Shown: positions 13,312-23,744 of the stretch, one piece after another
Layout of the letters: the number at the start of each line of letters is the position of its first letter
How positions within the stretch are numbered: position 1 is the first letter of the stretch
NCBI RefSeq assembly: GCF_056712565.1
Contig: NZ_CM160072.1
Reading direction: 5' to 3' (one strand)
DNA length: 64,000 nucleotides
Notes under the pieces: model-generated
What the model was told of the DNA's origin: nothing
What the model saw: only the letters and a program-made list of their open reading frames with translations
The model's database searches: none
Made by a program: the position numbers and the translations under genes

Positions 13312-13979
13312 CCTGGTCACGTCGCCAGTTTCTCACCGGCGTCGGTGTGCTGGCCGCCGTCAGCGGCACCGCAGGACGCGTGGTGGCGAAAACGTTGAAT
13401 ATCAATGGTGTGCGTTACGGCATGGTGCATGACGAGTCGTTATGCATCGGCTGTACCGCCTGTATGGATGCTTGTCGGGAAGTGAACAAGGTGCCGGAAG
13501 GCGTCTCGCGCCTGACGATTATTCGTAGCGAGCCGCAGGGCGAATTTCCTGATGTGAAATATCGCTTCTTCCGTAAGTCTTGCCAGCACTGCGATCATGC
13601 GCCGTGCGTTGATGTCTGCCCGACCGGTGCGTCTTTTCGCGACGCTGCCAGTGGGATTGTCGATGTTAATCCGGATCTCTGCGTCGGTTGTCAGTACTGC
13701 ATCGCCGCCTGTCCGTACCGCGTGCGCTTTATCCATCCGGTCACGAAGACGGCGGACAAATGCGATTTCTGCCGTAAGACCCATTTGCAGGCCGGTAAGC
13801 TGCCCGCGTGCGTTGAGGCTTGCCCGACGAAGGCGCTGACGTTTGGCAATCTGGACGATCCCAGCAGTGAGATTTCGCAACTGCTGCGCCAGAAGCCCAC
13901 TTACCGCTACAAGCTGGCGCTGGGAACCAAACCGAAGCTGTACCGCGTACCGTTTAAATACGGGGAGGTGAGCCAATGA
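13308..13979 (+). CDS. nrfC: Tat-exported 4Fe-4S ferredoxin-type subunit
   Basis: 223-aa ORF with RRQFL twin-arginine motif and four CxxCxxCxxxCP clusters. Confidence 0.95.
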   Translation: MTWSRRQFLTGVGVLAAVSGTAGRVVAKTLNINGVRYGMVHDESLCIGCTACMDACREVNKVPEGVSRLTIIRSEPQGEFPDVKYRFFRKSCQHCDHAPCVDVCPTGASFRDAASGIVDVNPDLCVGCQYCIAACPYRVRFIHPVTKTADKCDFCRKTHLQAGKLPACVEACPTKALTFGNLDDPSSEISQLLRQKPTYRYKLALGTKPKLYRVPFKYGEVSQ

Positions 13980-14932
13980 CGCAGACTTCCGCATTTCATT
14001 TTGAATCGCTGGTGTGGGACTGGCCGATTGCCATCTACCTGTTTTTGATTGGTATTTCTGCCGGTCTGGTGACGCTGGCCGTACTGTTACGTCGTGTCTA
14101 CCCGCAGGCGGGCGGTGCAGACAGTACGTTGCTGCGCACCACGCTGATTGTCGGGCCTGGCGCGGTGATCCTCGGTCTGTTGATCCTCGTCTTCCACCTG
14201 ACAAGACCGTGGACCTTCTGGAAGCTGATGTTCCACTACAGTTTTACCTCGGTGATGTCGATGGGGGTGATGCTGTTTCAGCTTTACATGGTGGTGCTGG
14301 TGCTGTGGCTGGCGAAAATCTTTGAACATGATTTGCTTGCCCTGCAACAACGCTGGTTGCCGAAGCTGGGGATCGTGCAAAAGGTCTTGAGCCTGCTGAC
14401 GCCCGTTCATCGCGGACTGGAAACATTGATGCTGGTGCTGGCGGTGTTGTTGGGGGCTTATACCGGCTTTCTGCTGTCGGCGCTGAAATCGTATCCGTTC
14501 CTCAATAACCCGATCCTGCCGGTGCTGTTCCTCTTCTCCGGCATCTCGTCCGGTGCGGCGGTGGCGCTGATCGCCATGGCGATACGCCAACGCAGTAACC
14601 CGCATTCCACGGAAGCGCACTTTGTACACCGTATGGAAATCCCCGTGGTATGGGGTGAAATCTTCCTGCTGGTGGCGTTTTTTGTCGGTCTGGCGCTGGG
14701 CGATGACGGTAAAGTGCGTGCGCTGGTGGCGGCATTGGGCGGCGGTTTCTGGACATGGTGGTTCTGGCTTGGTGTCGCCGGGCTGGGGCTGATTGTGCCA
14801 ATGTTGCTCAAACCGTGGGTCAATCGCAGTTCCGGCATTCCTGCCGTGCTGGCTGCGTGTGGGGCCAGCCTGGTCGGCGTGTTGATGCTGCGCTTTTTCA
14901 TTCTCTACGCCGGGCAGTTGACGGTGGCGTAA
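13976..14932 (+). CDS. nrfD: Integral membrane quinol dehydrogenase subunit (NrfD/PsrC family)
   Basis: 318-aa polytopic membrane ORF, 4-nt overlap with nrfC. Confidence 0.95.
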   Translation: MTQTSAFHFESLVWDWPIAIYLFLIGISAGLVTLAVLLRRVYPQAGGADSTLLRTTLIVGPGAVILGLLILVFHLTRPWTFWKLMFHYSFTSVMSMGVMLFQLYMVVLVLWLAKIFEHDLLALQQRWLPKLGIVQKVLSLLTPVHRGLETLMLVLAVLLGAYTGFLLSALKSYPFLNNPILPVLFLFSGISSGAAVALIAMAIRQRSNPHSTEAHFVHRMEIPVVWGEIFLLVAFFVGLALGDDGKVRALVAALGGGFWTWWFWLGVAGLGLIVPMLLKPWVNRSSGIPAVLAACGASLVGVLMLRFFILYAGQLTVA

Positions 14933-14987
14933 GCCAGAACAGAGGTGGTTTCTGGACGTATTCCTTCCTGAAGTCGGTTTTCTGGCG

Positions 14988-16670
14988 TTGTTGTTAAGTC
15001 TCGGGGTCAACGTGTTGACCCCGTTGACGGCCTTCGCGGGAGTGCGGTTGCGCTGGCCTGCCATGATGCGACTCACTTGCATCGGCATTCTGGCGCAGTT
15101 CGCGCTCCTGCTGCTCGCCTTTGGCGTACTGACGTATTGTTTTCTCATCAGCGATTTCTCGGTCATTTATGTCGCCCAACATAGCTATAGCCTGCTGTCG
15201 TGGGAACTCAAACTGGCGGCGGTGTGGGGCGGTCATGAAGGTTCGCTGCTGCTTTGGGTGCTGCTGCTTTCCGCCTGGAGCGTGCTGTTTGCCTGGCATT
15301 ATCGACAGCAAACCGATCCGCTATTTCCGCTCACGTTAACGGTTTTATCGCTGATACTTGCCGCACTGCTGCTGTTTGTTGTCGGATGGTCCGATCCTTT
15401 TGTGAGGATATTTCCGCCCGCAATAGAAGGGCGCGATCTCAATCCGATGCTGCAACATCCCGGTCTTATCTTTCATCCACCGCTGCTTTATCTCGGCTAC
15501 GGCGGTTTGATGGTGGCGGCGAGCGTGGCGCTGGCGAGTTTACTGCGCGGCGAGTTTGGTGGTACCTGCGCCCGAATTTGCTGGCGTTGGGCACTACCTG
15601 GCTGGAGCGCATTAACAGCGGGGATCATCCTCGGTTCCTGGTGGGCCTATTGCGAACTGGGCTGGGGCGGCTGGTGGTTCTGGGATCCGGTGGAAAACGC
15701 GTCGTTATTACCCTGGCTTTCTGCCACAGCGCTGCTGCACAGTTTATCCCTGACACGCCAGCGGGGGATTTTCCGCCACTGGTCGCTGTTGCTGGCGATA
15801 GTAACTCTGATGCTGTCGCTGCTGGGCACCTTAATTGTCCGTTCTGGCATTCTGGTTTCGGTTCATGCGTTCGCGCTGGATAACGTCCGCGCCGTGCCGT
15901 TGTTCAGCCTGTTTGCACTGATTAGCCTTGCGTCTCTGGCTCTGTATGGCTGGCGAGCGCGGGACGGTGGCCCGGCGGTGCGTTTTTCGGGGTTATCGCG
16001 GGAAATGTTAATCCTCGCTACGCTGTTGCTGTTTTGCGCAGTGCTACTGATCGTGCTGGTGGGAACGCTTTATCCGATGATTTACGGCCTGCTGGGCTGG
16101 GGACGCCTCTCCGTTGGCGCGCCGTATTTTAACCGCGCGACGTTACCGTTTGCTCTGTTGATGCTGGTGGTGATTGTGCTGGCGACGTTTGTCTCTGGCA
16201 AACGTGCTCAGCTTCCGGCGCTGCTGGCGCATGCGGGCGTGCTGTTATTTGCCGCGGGGATCGTGGTTTCCAGCGTCAGCCGTCAGGAGATCAGCCTGAA
16301 TTTACAGCCGGGTCAGCAGGTGACGCTGGCAGGATACACCTTCCGTTTTGAGCGCCTCGATCTGCAAGCCAAAGGCAATTACACCAGTGAAAAAGCGATA
16401 GTGGCACTGTTTGACCATCAGCAACGCATTGGTGAATTAACGCCGGAGCGGCGTTTTTACGAAGCACGTCGTCAGCAAATGATGGAACCGTCAATTCGCT
16501 GGAATGGCATCCATGACTGGTATGCGGTCATGGGCGAGAAAACCGGAGCGGATCGTTACGCTTTTCGTTTGTATGTACAAAGCGGTGTGCGCTGGATCTG
16601 GGGGGGAGGATTGTTGATGATTGCGGGCGCATTGTTAAGCGGATGGCGGGGAAGGAAGCGCGATGAATAA
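14988..16670 (+). CDS. nrfE: CcmF-like haem lyase for the NrfA CXXCK site
   Basis: Large polytopic membrane ORF with WGGWWFWD tryptophan-rich motif; start uncertain (non-ATG start at 14988, alternative GTG at 15009). Confidence 0.9.
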   Translation: MLLSLGVNVLTPLTAFAGVRLRWPAMMRLTCIGILAQFALLLLAFGVLTYCFLISDFSVIYVAQHSYSLLSWELKLAAVWGGHEGSLLLWVLLLSAWSVLFAWHYRQQTDPLFPLTLTVLSLILAALLLFVVGWSDPFVRIFPPAIEGRDLNPMLQHPGLIFHPPLLYLGYGGLMVAASVALASLLRGEFGGTCARICWRWALPGWSALTAGIILGSWWAYCELGWGGWWFWDPVENASLLPWLSATALLHSLSLTRQRGIFRHWSLLLAIVTLMLSLLGTLIVRSGILVSVHAFALDNVRAVPLFSLFALISLASLALYGWRARDGGPAVRFSGLSREMLILATLLLFCAVLLIVLVGTLYPMIYGLLGWGRLSVGAPYFNRATLPFALLMLVVIVLATFVSGKRAQLPALLAHAGVLLFAAGIVVSSVSRQEISLNLQPGQQVTLAGYTFRFERLDLQAKGNYTSEKAIVALFDHQQRIGELTPERRFYEARRQQMMEPSIRWNGIHDWYAVMGEKTGADRYAFRLYVQSGVRWIWGGGLLMIAGALLSGWRGRKRDE

Positions 16671-17046
16671 AGGGCTTCTCACGCTACTGCTGTTATTTAC
16701 CTGTTTTGCGCGCGCTCAGGTTGTAGACACCTGGCAATTCGCCAATCCGCAACAACAGCAACAGGCGTTAAATATTGCCAGCCAGTTACGTTGTCCGCAG
16801 TGCCAGAATCAGAACTTACTGGAATCCAATGCGCCGGTGGCAGTCAGTATGCGCCATCAGGTTTACACCATGGTGGAAGAGGGGAAAAGTGAAGTCGAAA
16901 TCATTGACTGGATGACCGAACGCTACGGAGATTTTGTTCGCTATAACCCACCGTTAACGGGTCAGACGCTGGTGTTGTGGGCGCTGCCAGTAGTGTTGTT
17001 ACTGCTGATGGCACTGATCCTCTGGCGAGTGAGGGCGAAGCGATGA
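16663..17046 (+). CDS. nrfF: CcmH-like thiol-disulfide protein for haem ligation
   Basis: 127-aa ORF with signal peptide and LRCPQC motif, overlaps nrfE stop. Confidence 0.9.
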   Translation: MNKGLLTLLLLFTCFARAQVVDTWQFANPQQQQQALNIASQLRCPQCQNQNLLESNAPVAVSMRHQVYTMVEEGKSEVEIIDWMTERYGDFVRYNPPLTGQTLVLWALPVVLLLLMALILWRVRAKR

Positions 17047-17639
17047 AACAGCCCCAAATACCGGTGAAAATGCTGACAACACTCACGATTTTGATGGTAT
17101 TTCTCTGTGTCGGCAGTTATCTGTTAAGTCCAAAATGGCAGGCTGTACGTACGGAGTATCAGCGTCAGCGCGATCCGCTGCATCAGTTTGCCAGCCAGCA
17201 AACCCCGGAAGCGCAGCTTCAGGCATTGCAGGATAAAATCCGTGCTAATCCACAAAACAGCGAACAGTGGGCGTTACTGGGCGAGTATTATCTGTGGCAA
17301 AACGATTACAGCAATTCGCTGCTGGCGTACCGTCAGGCGTTGCAACTACGTGGTGAGAACGCTGAACTGTATGCGGCGCTGGCGACGGTGCTGTATTACC
17401 AGGCCAGCCAACATATGACCGTCCAGACTCGCGCAATGATCGACAGAGCCCTCGCGCTGGACTCTAACGAAATCACCGCTCTGATGCTGCTGGCTTCCGA
17501 TGCGTTTATGCAGGCGAACTACGCGCAAGCCATCGAACTATGGCAAAAAGTGATGGATCTCAACTCACCCCGGATCAACCGGACACAGCTGGTCGAGTCG
17601 ATTAATATGGCGAAATTGTTGCAGCGGAGATCAGATTAA
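17043..17639 (+). CDS. nrfG: TPR-repeat haem lyase accessory protein
   Basis: 198-aa ORF starting [15 protein letters not shown] overlap with nrfF stop. Confidence 0.9.
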   Translation: MKQPQIPVKMLTTLTILMVFLCVGSYLLSPKWQAVRTEYQRQRDPLHQFASQQTPEAQLQALQDKIRANPQNSEQWALLGEYYLWQNDYSNSLLAYRQALQLRGENAELYAALATVLYYQASQHMTVQTRAMIDRALALDSNEITALMLLASDAFMQANYAQAIELWQKVMDLNSPRINRTQLVESINMAKLLQRRSD

Positions 17640-17981
17640 TCATCTGGTGATGAAGATTATGTTATTGAGCTGCATAAAAAATAATCGAATGAACATATAA
17701 TCAAAAATAATCACCAATCAGTATTATTGCAGATTAAATAAATAAAAATCCTTCTATAACAAATGGTTATTCATTAATCCTGCCATAAACTCGCGTTATT
17801 ATGCATTAATGCAGCGAAAAGCTCTGTTGTTAAAGGGTTGCGCAACATACCGCGCAAATGATACTGATCATAAGCGTTAAAAAAATCTACAAACCAACGC
17901 AACACAATTCATGCCCTGGCAGTATGTCACGTTCTCGCGTTTCTGAACGGGGAACGGCGCTCCATTGAGGAAGTTATTCTG

Positions 17982-19295
17982 ATGAAAAATATAAAATTCA
18001 GCCTGGCCTGGCAGATTCTGTTTGCTATGGTGCTGGGCATTCTCCTGGGAAGCTACCTGCACCACCATAGCGACAGCCGCGACTGGCTGGTCGTCAATTT
18101 GCTCTCTCCGGCGGGTGATATCTTCATCCATCTGATCAAAATGATTGTTGTGCCGATTGTGATCTCCACACTGGTGGTGGGTATCGCGGGTGTTGGTGAT
18201 GCCAAACAGCTCGGGCGTATTGGTGCGAAAACCATTATCTACTTCGAGGTGATCACCACCGTCGCCATCATTTTGGGGATCACTCTGGCGAACGTCTTCC
18301 AGCCCGGTGCCGGGGTGGATATGTCGCAGCTGGCGACCGTCGATATCTCGAAATATCAGAGCACTACGGAAGCGGTACAAAGCAGTTCCCACGGCATTAT
18401 GGGCACGATTTTGTCGCTGGTGCCGACGAACATCGTGGCGTCGATGGCGAAAGGCGAAATGCTGCCGATCATCTTCTTCTCGGTGCTGTTTGGTCTGGGG
18501 CTTTCATCCCTGCCCGCGACGCATCGTGAACCGCTGGTGACAGTTTTCCGCTCCATCTCTGAAACCATGTTTAAAGTGACTCACATGGTGATGCGTTATG
18601 CGCCGGTGGGTGTGTTTGCGCTGATTGCGGTGACGGTGGCTAACTTTGGTTTCTCGTCTCTGTGGCCACTGGCGAAACTGGTGCTGCTGGTGCATTTCGC
18701 CATTCTGTTCTTCGCGCTGGTAGTGCTGGGAATTGTGGCGCGCCTGTGCGGGTTAAGCGTCTGGATCCTGATTCGTATTCTGAAAGATGAGCTGATTCTG
18801 GCGTACTCCACTGCCAGCTCTGAAAGCGTGCTGCCGCGAATTATTGAGAAGATGGAAGCCTACGGAGCACCGGCGTCGATCACCAGTTTCGTGGTGCCGA
18901 CCGGTTACTCTTTTAACCTTGATGGTTCGACGCTGTATCAAAGTATTGCCGCTATTTTCATCGCTCAGCTGTATGGCATTGACCTGTCCATCTGGCAGGA
19001 AATCATTCTGGTGCTGACGCTGATGGTGACCTCGAAAGGGATTGCTGGCGTGCCGGGCGTGTCGTTTGTGGTGTTGCTGGCAACGCTGGGCAGCGTAGGG
19101 ATCCCGCTGGAAGGTCTGGCGTTTATTGCCGGTGTTGACCGTATCCTCGACATGGCGCGTACTGCGCTGAACGTGGTGGGTAATGCGCTGGCGGTGCTGG
19201 TGATTGCCAAATGGGAACACAAATTTGACCGTAAGAAAGCGCTGGCTTATGAGCGTGAAGTACTGGGCAAATTTGATAAAACTGCGGATCAGTAA
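17982..19295 (+). CDS. gltP: Glutamate/aspartate:proton symporter (DAACS family)
   Basis: 437-aa membrane ORF recognised as GltP. Confidence 0.95.
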   Translation: MKNIKFSLAWQILFAMVLGILLGSYLHHHSDSRDWLVVNLLSPAGDIFIHLIKMIVVPIVISTLVVGIAGVGDAKQLGRIGAKTIIYFEVITTVAIILGITLANVFQPGAGVDMSQLATVDISKYQSTTEAVQSSSHGIMGTILSLVPTNIVASMAKGEMLPIIFFSVLFGLGLSSLPATHREPLVTVFRSISETMFKVTHMVMRYAPVGVFALIAVTVANFGFSSLWPLAKLVLLVHFAILFFALVVLGIVARLCGLSVWILIRILKDELILAYSTASSESVLPRIIEKMEAYGAPASITSFVVPTGYSFNLDGSTLYQSIAAIFIAQLYGIDLSIWQEIILVLTLMVTSKGIAGVPGVSFVVLLATLGSVGIPLEGLAFIAGVDRILDMARTALNVVGNALAVLVIAKWEHKFDRKKALAYEREVLGKFDKTADQ

Positions 19296-19301
19296 TTGAA
19301 G

Positions 19302-19329
19302 ATTGCCGGGGGGATATCCACCCGGCAAT
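19302..19329 (+). terminator. Hairpin ATTGCCGGG..CCCGGCAAT after gltP
   Basis: 9-bp perfect stem with an internally palindromic loop (GGATATCC); no strong U-tract. Confidence 0.4.
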
Positions 19330-19374
19330 GTGTGGATGCCTGACTGAGTAATAGCCTGATGTAGCGTGATTTTT

Positions 19375-19441
19375 GTAGGTCGGATAAGGCGTTTACGCCG
19401 CATCCGACATCAATGCCTGATGCGACGTTTGCTGCGCCTAC
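19375..19441. repeat. REP element pair (GTAGGTCGGATAAGGCGTTTACGCCGCATCCGAC / GCCTGATGCGACG..)
   Basis: Canonical REP palindromes between gltP and yjcO. Confidence 0.8.
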
Positions 19442-19442
19442 C

Positions 19443-20132
19443 TTAACCGTTAGTTAATTTTTCAAACTCTTCACAACCGGTATCAAATCCTTCCATACAG
19501 CTCAGATTCAACCAGTGCAGCGCCTTTTGTTTATTCTTCTCGATAAAACCCTCTTCACCGTTTAAGAACATCATTCCCGCCCAGTATTCGGAATAACCGG
19601 TTCGGGAAATCGCGGAGCTACGCTTGAAATACCAGGTTGCTTTGTCATCGTCGGCCTTAATGCCCACGCCGTTGGCGTAAATCAAACCAAGCAGCATTTG
19701 GGCATCGACGGCAGAGTCGTTCTCCAGATCTTCCGAGGCGTTTTCTAACAGCGAAATCGCCTTTGGATAATCCGGTTTACCCGCTTGCGTATTTACCAGA
19801 ATATGCGCCAGCGTTACTTCACCTTCTTTACTGCCCGCTTGCGCTGCTTTCTCGGCAAGCACTTTTGCTTGTGGATAGTCCAGACTGACCGGATTGGTGA
19901 TTTTGATCTGCGCCAACAGCGCACAGGCATCGGCATCACCGCTGTCGGCGGCTTTCTGTGCCCAATATTCGGCTTTGCTCAAATCGCCGGAGCTAAACCA
20001 GCTGTCGGCAAGAAAATATTGTGCGCGTCGGTCTCCGGCCTCTGCTGCCTTTAAATACTGGCTGCCAGGCTCGGAGTCGTTCGCGTGGGCAAAGAATGTC
20101 AAAAACAACATCAAAGTGATAATTTTTTTCAT
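19443..20132 (-). CDS. yjcO: Sel1/TPR-repeat periplasmic protein
   Basis: 229 aa from MKKIITLMLFLTFFAHA signal peptide; repeated GxGxxxDxxxAxxWY Sel1-like units. Confidence 0.85.
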   Translation of the reverse strand: MKKIITLMLFLTFFAHANDSEPGSQYLKAAEAGDRRAQYFLADSWFSSGDLSKAEYWAQKAADSGDADACALLAQIKITNPVSLDYPQAKVLAEKAAQAGSKEGEVTLAHILVNTQAGKPDYPKAISLLENASEDLENDSAVDAQMLLGLIYANGVGIKADDDKATWYFKRSSAISRTGYSEYWAGMMFLNGEEGFIEKNKQKALHWLNLSCMEGFDTGCEEFEKLTNG

Positions 20133-20242
20133 TTTGATAATGAAGTTTGGTAGGGGAGAGACAGTATAAAGTGTTCGGGTGGACAAAAAAACAACTGTAA
20201 AAAGACCTGAAAGCAGAATGAATTAATGCAATGTCAGGTTTT

Positions 20243-20947
20243 TTAATCCATCCGATGTTCCCCCTTTTCCATGGCGTCGCGATCAAAAAATCGCTGAATT
20301 TTTCCCTCGGACATCAATGCCGCTCGATCAGACATATGCGCGATGACATCGGCATCGTGACTGACCAGCAGATATGTCATTTGGTGTTCCAGCTTAAGTT
20401 GATTCAACAAATTAAGGATTTCCGCTTGTACCGACATATCCAACGCCGAGGTGGGTTCATCCAGCAGAAGAAGTTGTGGTCGTAACAACAGGGCGCGAGC
20501 AATAACCACACGTTGCCGTTGACCACCGGAAAGCTGGTGTGGGTAGCGACGAGCGGCGTCGAAAGGCAAGCCAACCTGTTCCAGTGCAGTCTGGACGCGT
20601 TTTTCTATTTCTCTTTCGCCACGAATTTTGAGTGGTTCAGCCAGCGTTCGCCACAGAGTATGATTGGGATGCAACGAGGCATAGGGATCCTGAAACACCA
20701 TTTGCACATTGCGGCGGAGATCGCCTTGAAAACGCATTCCTGGTTTGATGGTGTGCCCAAACAGTGACACCTGACCGTGCCAGTCGCGCTGTAATCCAGC
20801 AATTACGCGCAAAATCGTGGATTTTCCGCAGCTTGATTCGCCAATTAAACTAAATGTCTCTCCGGCATTAACCGAAAAACTGGCGGCAGAAACTGCGGTT
20901 TTCTCAGCAAAAGTCACCTGTAAGTGATTAATTTCAACAATCGTCAT
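20243..20947 (-). CDS. ABC transporter ATP-binding protein (short NikE/DppF-like)
   Basis: 234-aa ORF with Walker A GESSCGKST, signature LSGGQRQR, Walker B LLLDEPTSALD. Confidence 0.85.
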   Translation of the reverse strand: MTIVEINHLQVTFAEKTAVSAASFSVNAGETFSLIGESSCGKSTILRVIAGLQRDWHGQVSLFGHTIKPGMRFQGDLRRNVQMVFQDPYASLHPNHTLWRTLAEPLKIRGEREIEKRVQTALEQVGLPFDAARRYPHQLSGGQRQRVVIARALLLRPQLLLLDEPTSALDMSVQAEILNLLNQLKLEHQMTYLLVSHDADVIAHMSDRAALMSEGKIQRFFDRDAMEKGEHRMD

Positions 20948-21770
20948 GGTATTTCTCCGGCGTCATTGCCGTCCTGTCCAGCGTCGGCAGCATCTGCCCG
21001 TAAGTTTGTGCATTTGGGCGGCAAGTCCACAGTGTGCGCGTGTAAGGATGCGTTGCTGTAGGTAGCGCAGCAGCGTGCATTTCATCCACCTTATTTCCCT
21101 GATACATCACCAGCACCCGATGGCAAAATTGGGCAACTAATGGCAGGTCGTGACTGATCAGCAACATTGCCATCTGACGTTGTTCACACTGGGTAACCAG
21201 CAGTTCCAGAATCTGATTACGCAGGCGCACATCCAGTGCTGATGTTGGCTCATCGGCAATCAATACCCGGGGATCGTTGATGAGCGCAATTGCAATCATC
21301 ACTCGCTGCCCCATGCCGCCAGAAAGTTCACGAGGATAGCTTTGCAGTACTCGCGTATTGAGGCCGACAGCCTGAATTGCGGTGTTTATTTTCTCTTCTT
21401 TCTCGCGGCGGTTCAGACGTTGATGGAGCGTAAGCGCCTCTTCCAGTTGCGCTTTTACTGTCTTTACTGGATTAAGCGCGTAACGCGGATCTTGCAATAC
21501 CATCGCGATATCGTTACCGCGCAACTGTTGCCATCCACGCGCGTTAAGGGTGAGTGCATCACGCCCCAGAATGTTAAGTGTGTCCGCGGTTACTACACCC
21601 GGTTTACGCACCAGCCCCATCAGGGCGCGGGCGGTCATGGACTTACCTGAACCCGACTCACCGACCAGCGCCAGACGTTCATTGCCTAATGTAAAACTGA
21701 CATTGTTGACGACCCGGGACTCCGGATAATCGACGCAGAGATTGTTGATACTAAGACGTGAGTCAGTCAT
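20934..21770 (-). CDS. ABC transporter ATP-binding protein (short NikD/DppD-like)
   Basis: Walker A GESGSGKS, signature LSGGMGQR, Walker B LIADEPTSALD; start taken at MTDSRLSINN, giving an ATGACTGA overlap with the upstream permease stop. Confidence 0.85.
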   Translation of the reverse strand: MTDSRLSINNLCVDYPESRVVNNVSFTLGNERLALVGESGSGKSMTARALMGLVRKPGVVTADTLNILGRDALTLNARGWQQLRGNDIAMVLQDPRYALNPVKTVKAQLEEALTLHQRLNRREKEEKINTAIQAVGLNTRVLQSYPRELSGGMGQRVMIAIALINDPRVLIADEPTSALDVRLRNQILELLVTQCEQRQMAMLLISHDLPLVAQFCHRVLVMYQGNKVDEMHAAALPTATHPYTRTLWTCRPNAQTYGQMLPTLDRTAMTPEKYHDDC

Positions 21771-22596
21771 GTTGAGGCTCCAGAACATCGCGCAAGCCAT
21801 CACCCAGCAGATTAAAGGCCAGACTGGCAATTAAGATAATTGCGCCGGGAGCGGCGGCAATCCACCATTGATCAAAAATGACCTGCATACCGTCGGCGAT
21901 CATGGCTCCCCATTCCGCCATTGGCGGGCGAGCACCAAGCCCAAGAAAACCCAGGCCAGCAGCCGCCAGAATGATACCCGCTAAATCCAGTGCCAGACGG
22001 ACAATGGCAGATGGCAGGCACAATGGTAAAATATGACCAGCCAGCAGACGCCTGCCGCGGATGCCCATCATTTCTGCGGCGGCAAGATAATCACTGTGTC
22101 GCAGACGTTGGATCTCACTCCGTGCCTGACGCGCATAAGCAGGCCAGGTGGTTAATGCCAGGGCCAGTGCGCCGTTAACCAGCCCCGGCCCCAGCATGGC
22201 AACAAAAGCAAAAGCCAGAATTAAACGCGGCATTGACATTACTACGTCAGTAAAACGCATCAGCACGCGTTCCAGCCAGCCGCCGTAGTACCCGGCTAAA
22301 ATGCCAATCAGCAGACCGACCGGGAGTGTAATGATTGTCACCAATGCCACCAGCCCCAGTGCCGGGCGGCTGCCGTAGATTAAACGTGAAAGTAGGTCTC
22401 GTCCGTAACTGTCAGTGCCGAGCCAGTGCTGACGACTCGGTGCTTGTAACCGCGCCGCCGCATCCTGCCAGTTAGGATCGTGAGGTGCCAGCCACGGCGC
22501 GAAGAGCGCAATTAGCATTAATAACAGGATAATTATCAACCCGCAAAACGCGGCGGGTGAATGGCGTAAACGGCGTAAAAAGAGAAACATCGGCAT
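21763..22596 (-). CDS. ABC transporter permease (NikC/DppC-like)
   Basis: 277-aa polytopic ORF; start overlaps the stop of the upstream permease by 1 nt. Confidence 0.85.
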   Translation of the reverse strand: MPMFLFLRRLRHSPAAFCGLIIILLLMLIALFAPWLAPHDPNWQDAAARLQAPSRQHWLGTDSYGRDLLSRLIYGSRPALGLVALVTIITLPVGLLIGILAGYYGGWLERVLMRFTDVVMSMPRLILAFAFVAMLGPGLVNGALALALTTWPAYARQARSEIQRLRHSDYLAAAEMMGIRGRRLLAGHILPLCLPSAIVRLALDLAGIILAAAGLGFLGLGARPPMAEWGAMIADGMQVIFDQWWIAAAPGAIILIASLAFNLLGDGLRDVLEPQHD

Positions 22597-23645
22597 CAGC
22601 GTAACCTCGGATCGGTCAGCCGGACCAGCAGGTCGGTTAAGTTATTTATCAACACAAAGCAGACGCCAATCAGCAGCGTTCCTCCCATGATTGCTGTGGT
22701 ATCACCCGCGAAGAGCGCTGTAGTGAGGTAGCGCCCAATACCTGGCCATGAAAAGACGGTTTCTGTCAGTACCGCGCCTTCCAGCATTGATGTATAGGCG
22801 AGGGCGATAACGGTGAGCAAGGTGCCGCGAATGTTGGGTAAAACATGACGTAGCAAAATTGTCATCTCGCTGGCCCCTTTGGCGCGCGCCAGCAGAATAT
22901 ATTCTTTATTCATTTCGCCAAGACAGGCGGAACGAGTCAGGCGCGTAATACTGGCGAGCGAGAAGTACGCCAGTAATAAAACCGGAAGTATCAAATGGTT
23001 GATTGCATTGGTAAATGCCTCGCGATCGCCAGAAAGCCACGTATCAATCAGCGCAAATCCGCTGCGGGGTTCTATGGTGAATTGATAAATATCATCCAGC
23101 CTGCCCGGCCCGGCACTCCATTGCAGTCTGGCGTAGAACAGCGCCAGCATCAGCAGACCAAGCCAAAAAACAGGGACGGAATTTCCCAGTAGAGTTAATG
23201 TTCGCACGGTGAAATCCAGCGGAGAACCGACATAACGGGCGCAAAGTACACCCGCAATGACGCCGACAACAGCACCGACAATAAGCGCCAACGTTGCCAG
23301 TTCAATGGTCGCCGGGAATACTGATAGCAAGTCCTGGAGTACCGGTTGCCCGGTGGAGCTGGCGATGCCCAGATCGCCGTGTGCCAGATTCATCAGGTAA
23401 TGCCAGAACTGGACGGCTAACGGCTGATCCAATCCTAACTGGTGGCGTACCTGATCATAGGTGGACTGGCTGGCGTGATCGCCAACGATTTGTAGTACGC
23501 GATCGACCGGTGAGAGAGCCGAAAGCGCAAAGGTAATCAGCAGCAGGCCGAGTAGCGTCAGAGCAACGGTAAACAGCCCTTGCAACAGCGCGAGCAGAGG
23601 GCGCTTGCCTCGCCATCTCGCGCGAGTGGAAAAAACGACAGACAT
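22596..23645 (-). CDS. ABC transporter permease (NikB/DppB-like)
   Basis: Polytopic ORF; start uncertain, ATG at 23645 (349 aa) preferred over the ATG at 23738 because two strong stem-loops occupy 23660-23740. Confidence 0.8.
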   Translation of the reverse strand: MSVVFSTRARWRGKRPLLALLQGLFTVALTLLGLLLITFALSALSPVDRVLQIVGDHASQSTYDQVRHQLGLDQPLAVQFWHYLMNLAHGDLGIASSTGQPVLQDLLSVFPATIELATLALIVGAVVGVIAGVLCARYVGSPLDFTVRTLTLLGNSVPVFWLGLLMLALFYARLQWSAGPGRLDDIYQFTIEPRSGFALIDTWLSGDREAFTNAINHLILPVLLLAYFSLASITRLTRSACLGEMNKEYILLARAKGASEMTILLRHVLPNIRGTLLTVIALAYTSMLEGAVLTETVFSWPGIGRYLTTALFAGDTTAIMGGTLLIGVCFVLINNLTDLLVRLTDPRLR

Positions 23646-23744
23646 GATCTTTCCATACAGTGATAAATCAGCGGCTGGCCTGCAATACAGGCCAGCCCTG
23701 GTACCGCGCCCGGTAACAGGGCTGGACGCGAGTTGCATACAGGG

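Noticed and set aside
14087-15166. 359-aa minus-strand ORF
   Set aside because: Antisense to nrfD/nrfE; extremely Arg/Gln/His-rich low-complexity translation, not a plausible protein
17640-17981. AT-rich 340-bp interval between nrfG and gltP as a possible mobile-element scar
   Set aside because: No inverted or direct repeats flank it and no ORF fragments are present; most simply the gltP promoter region
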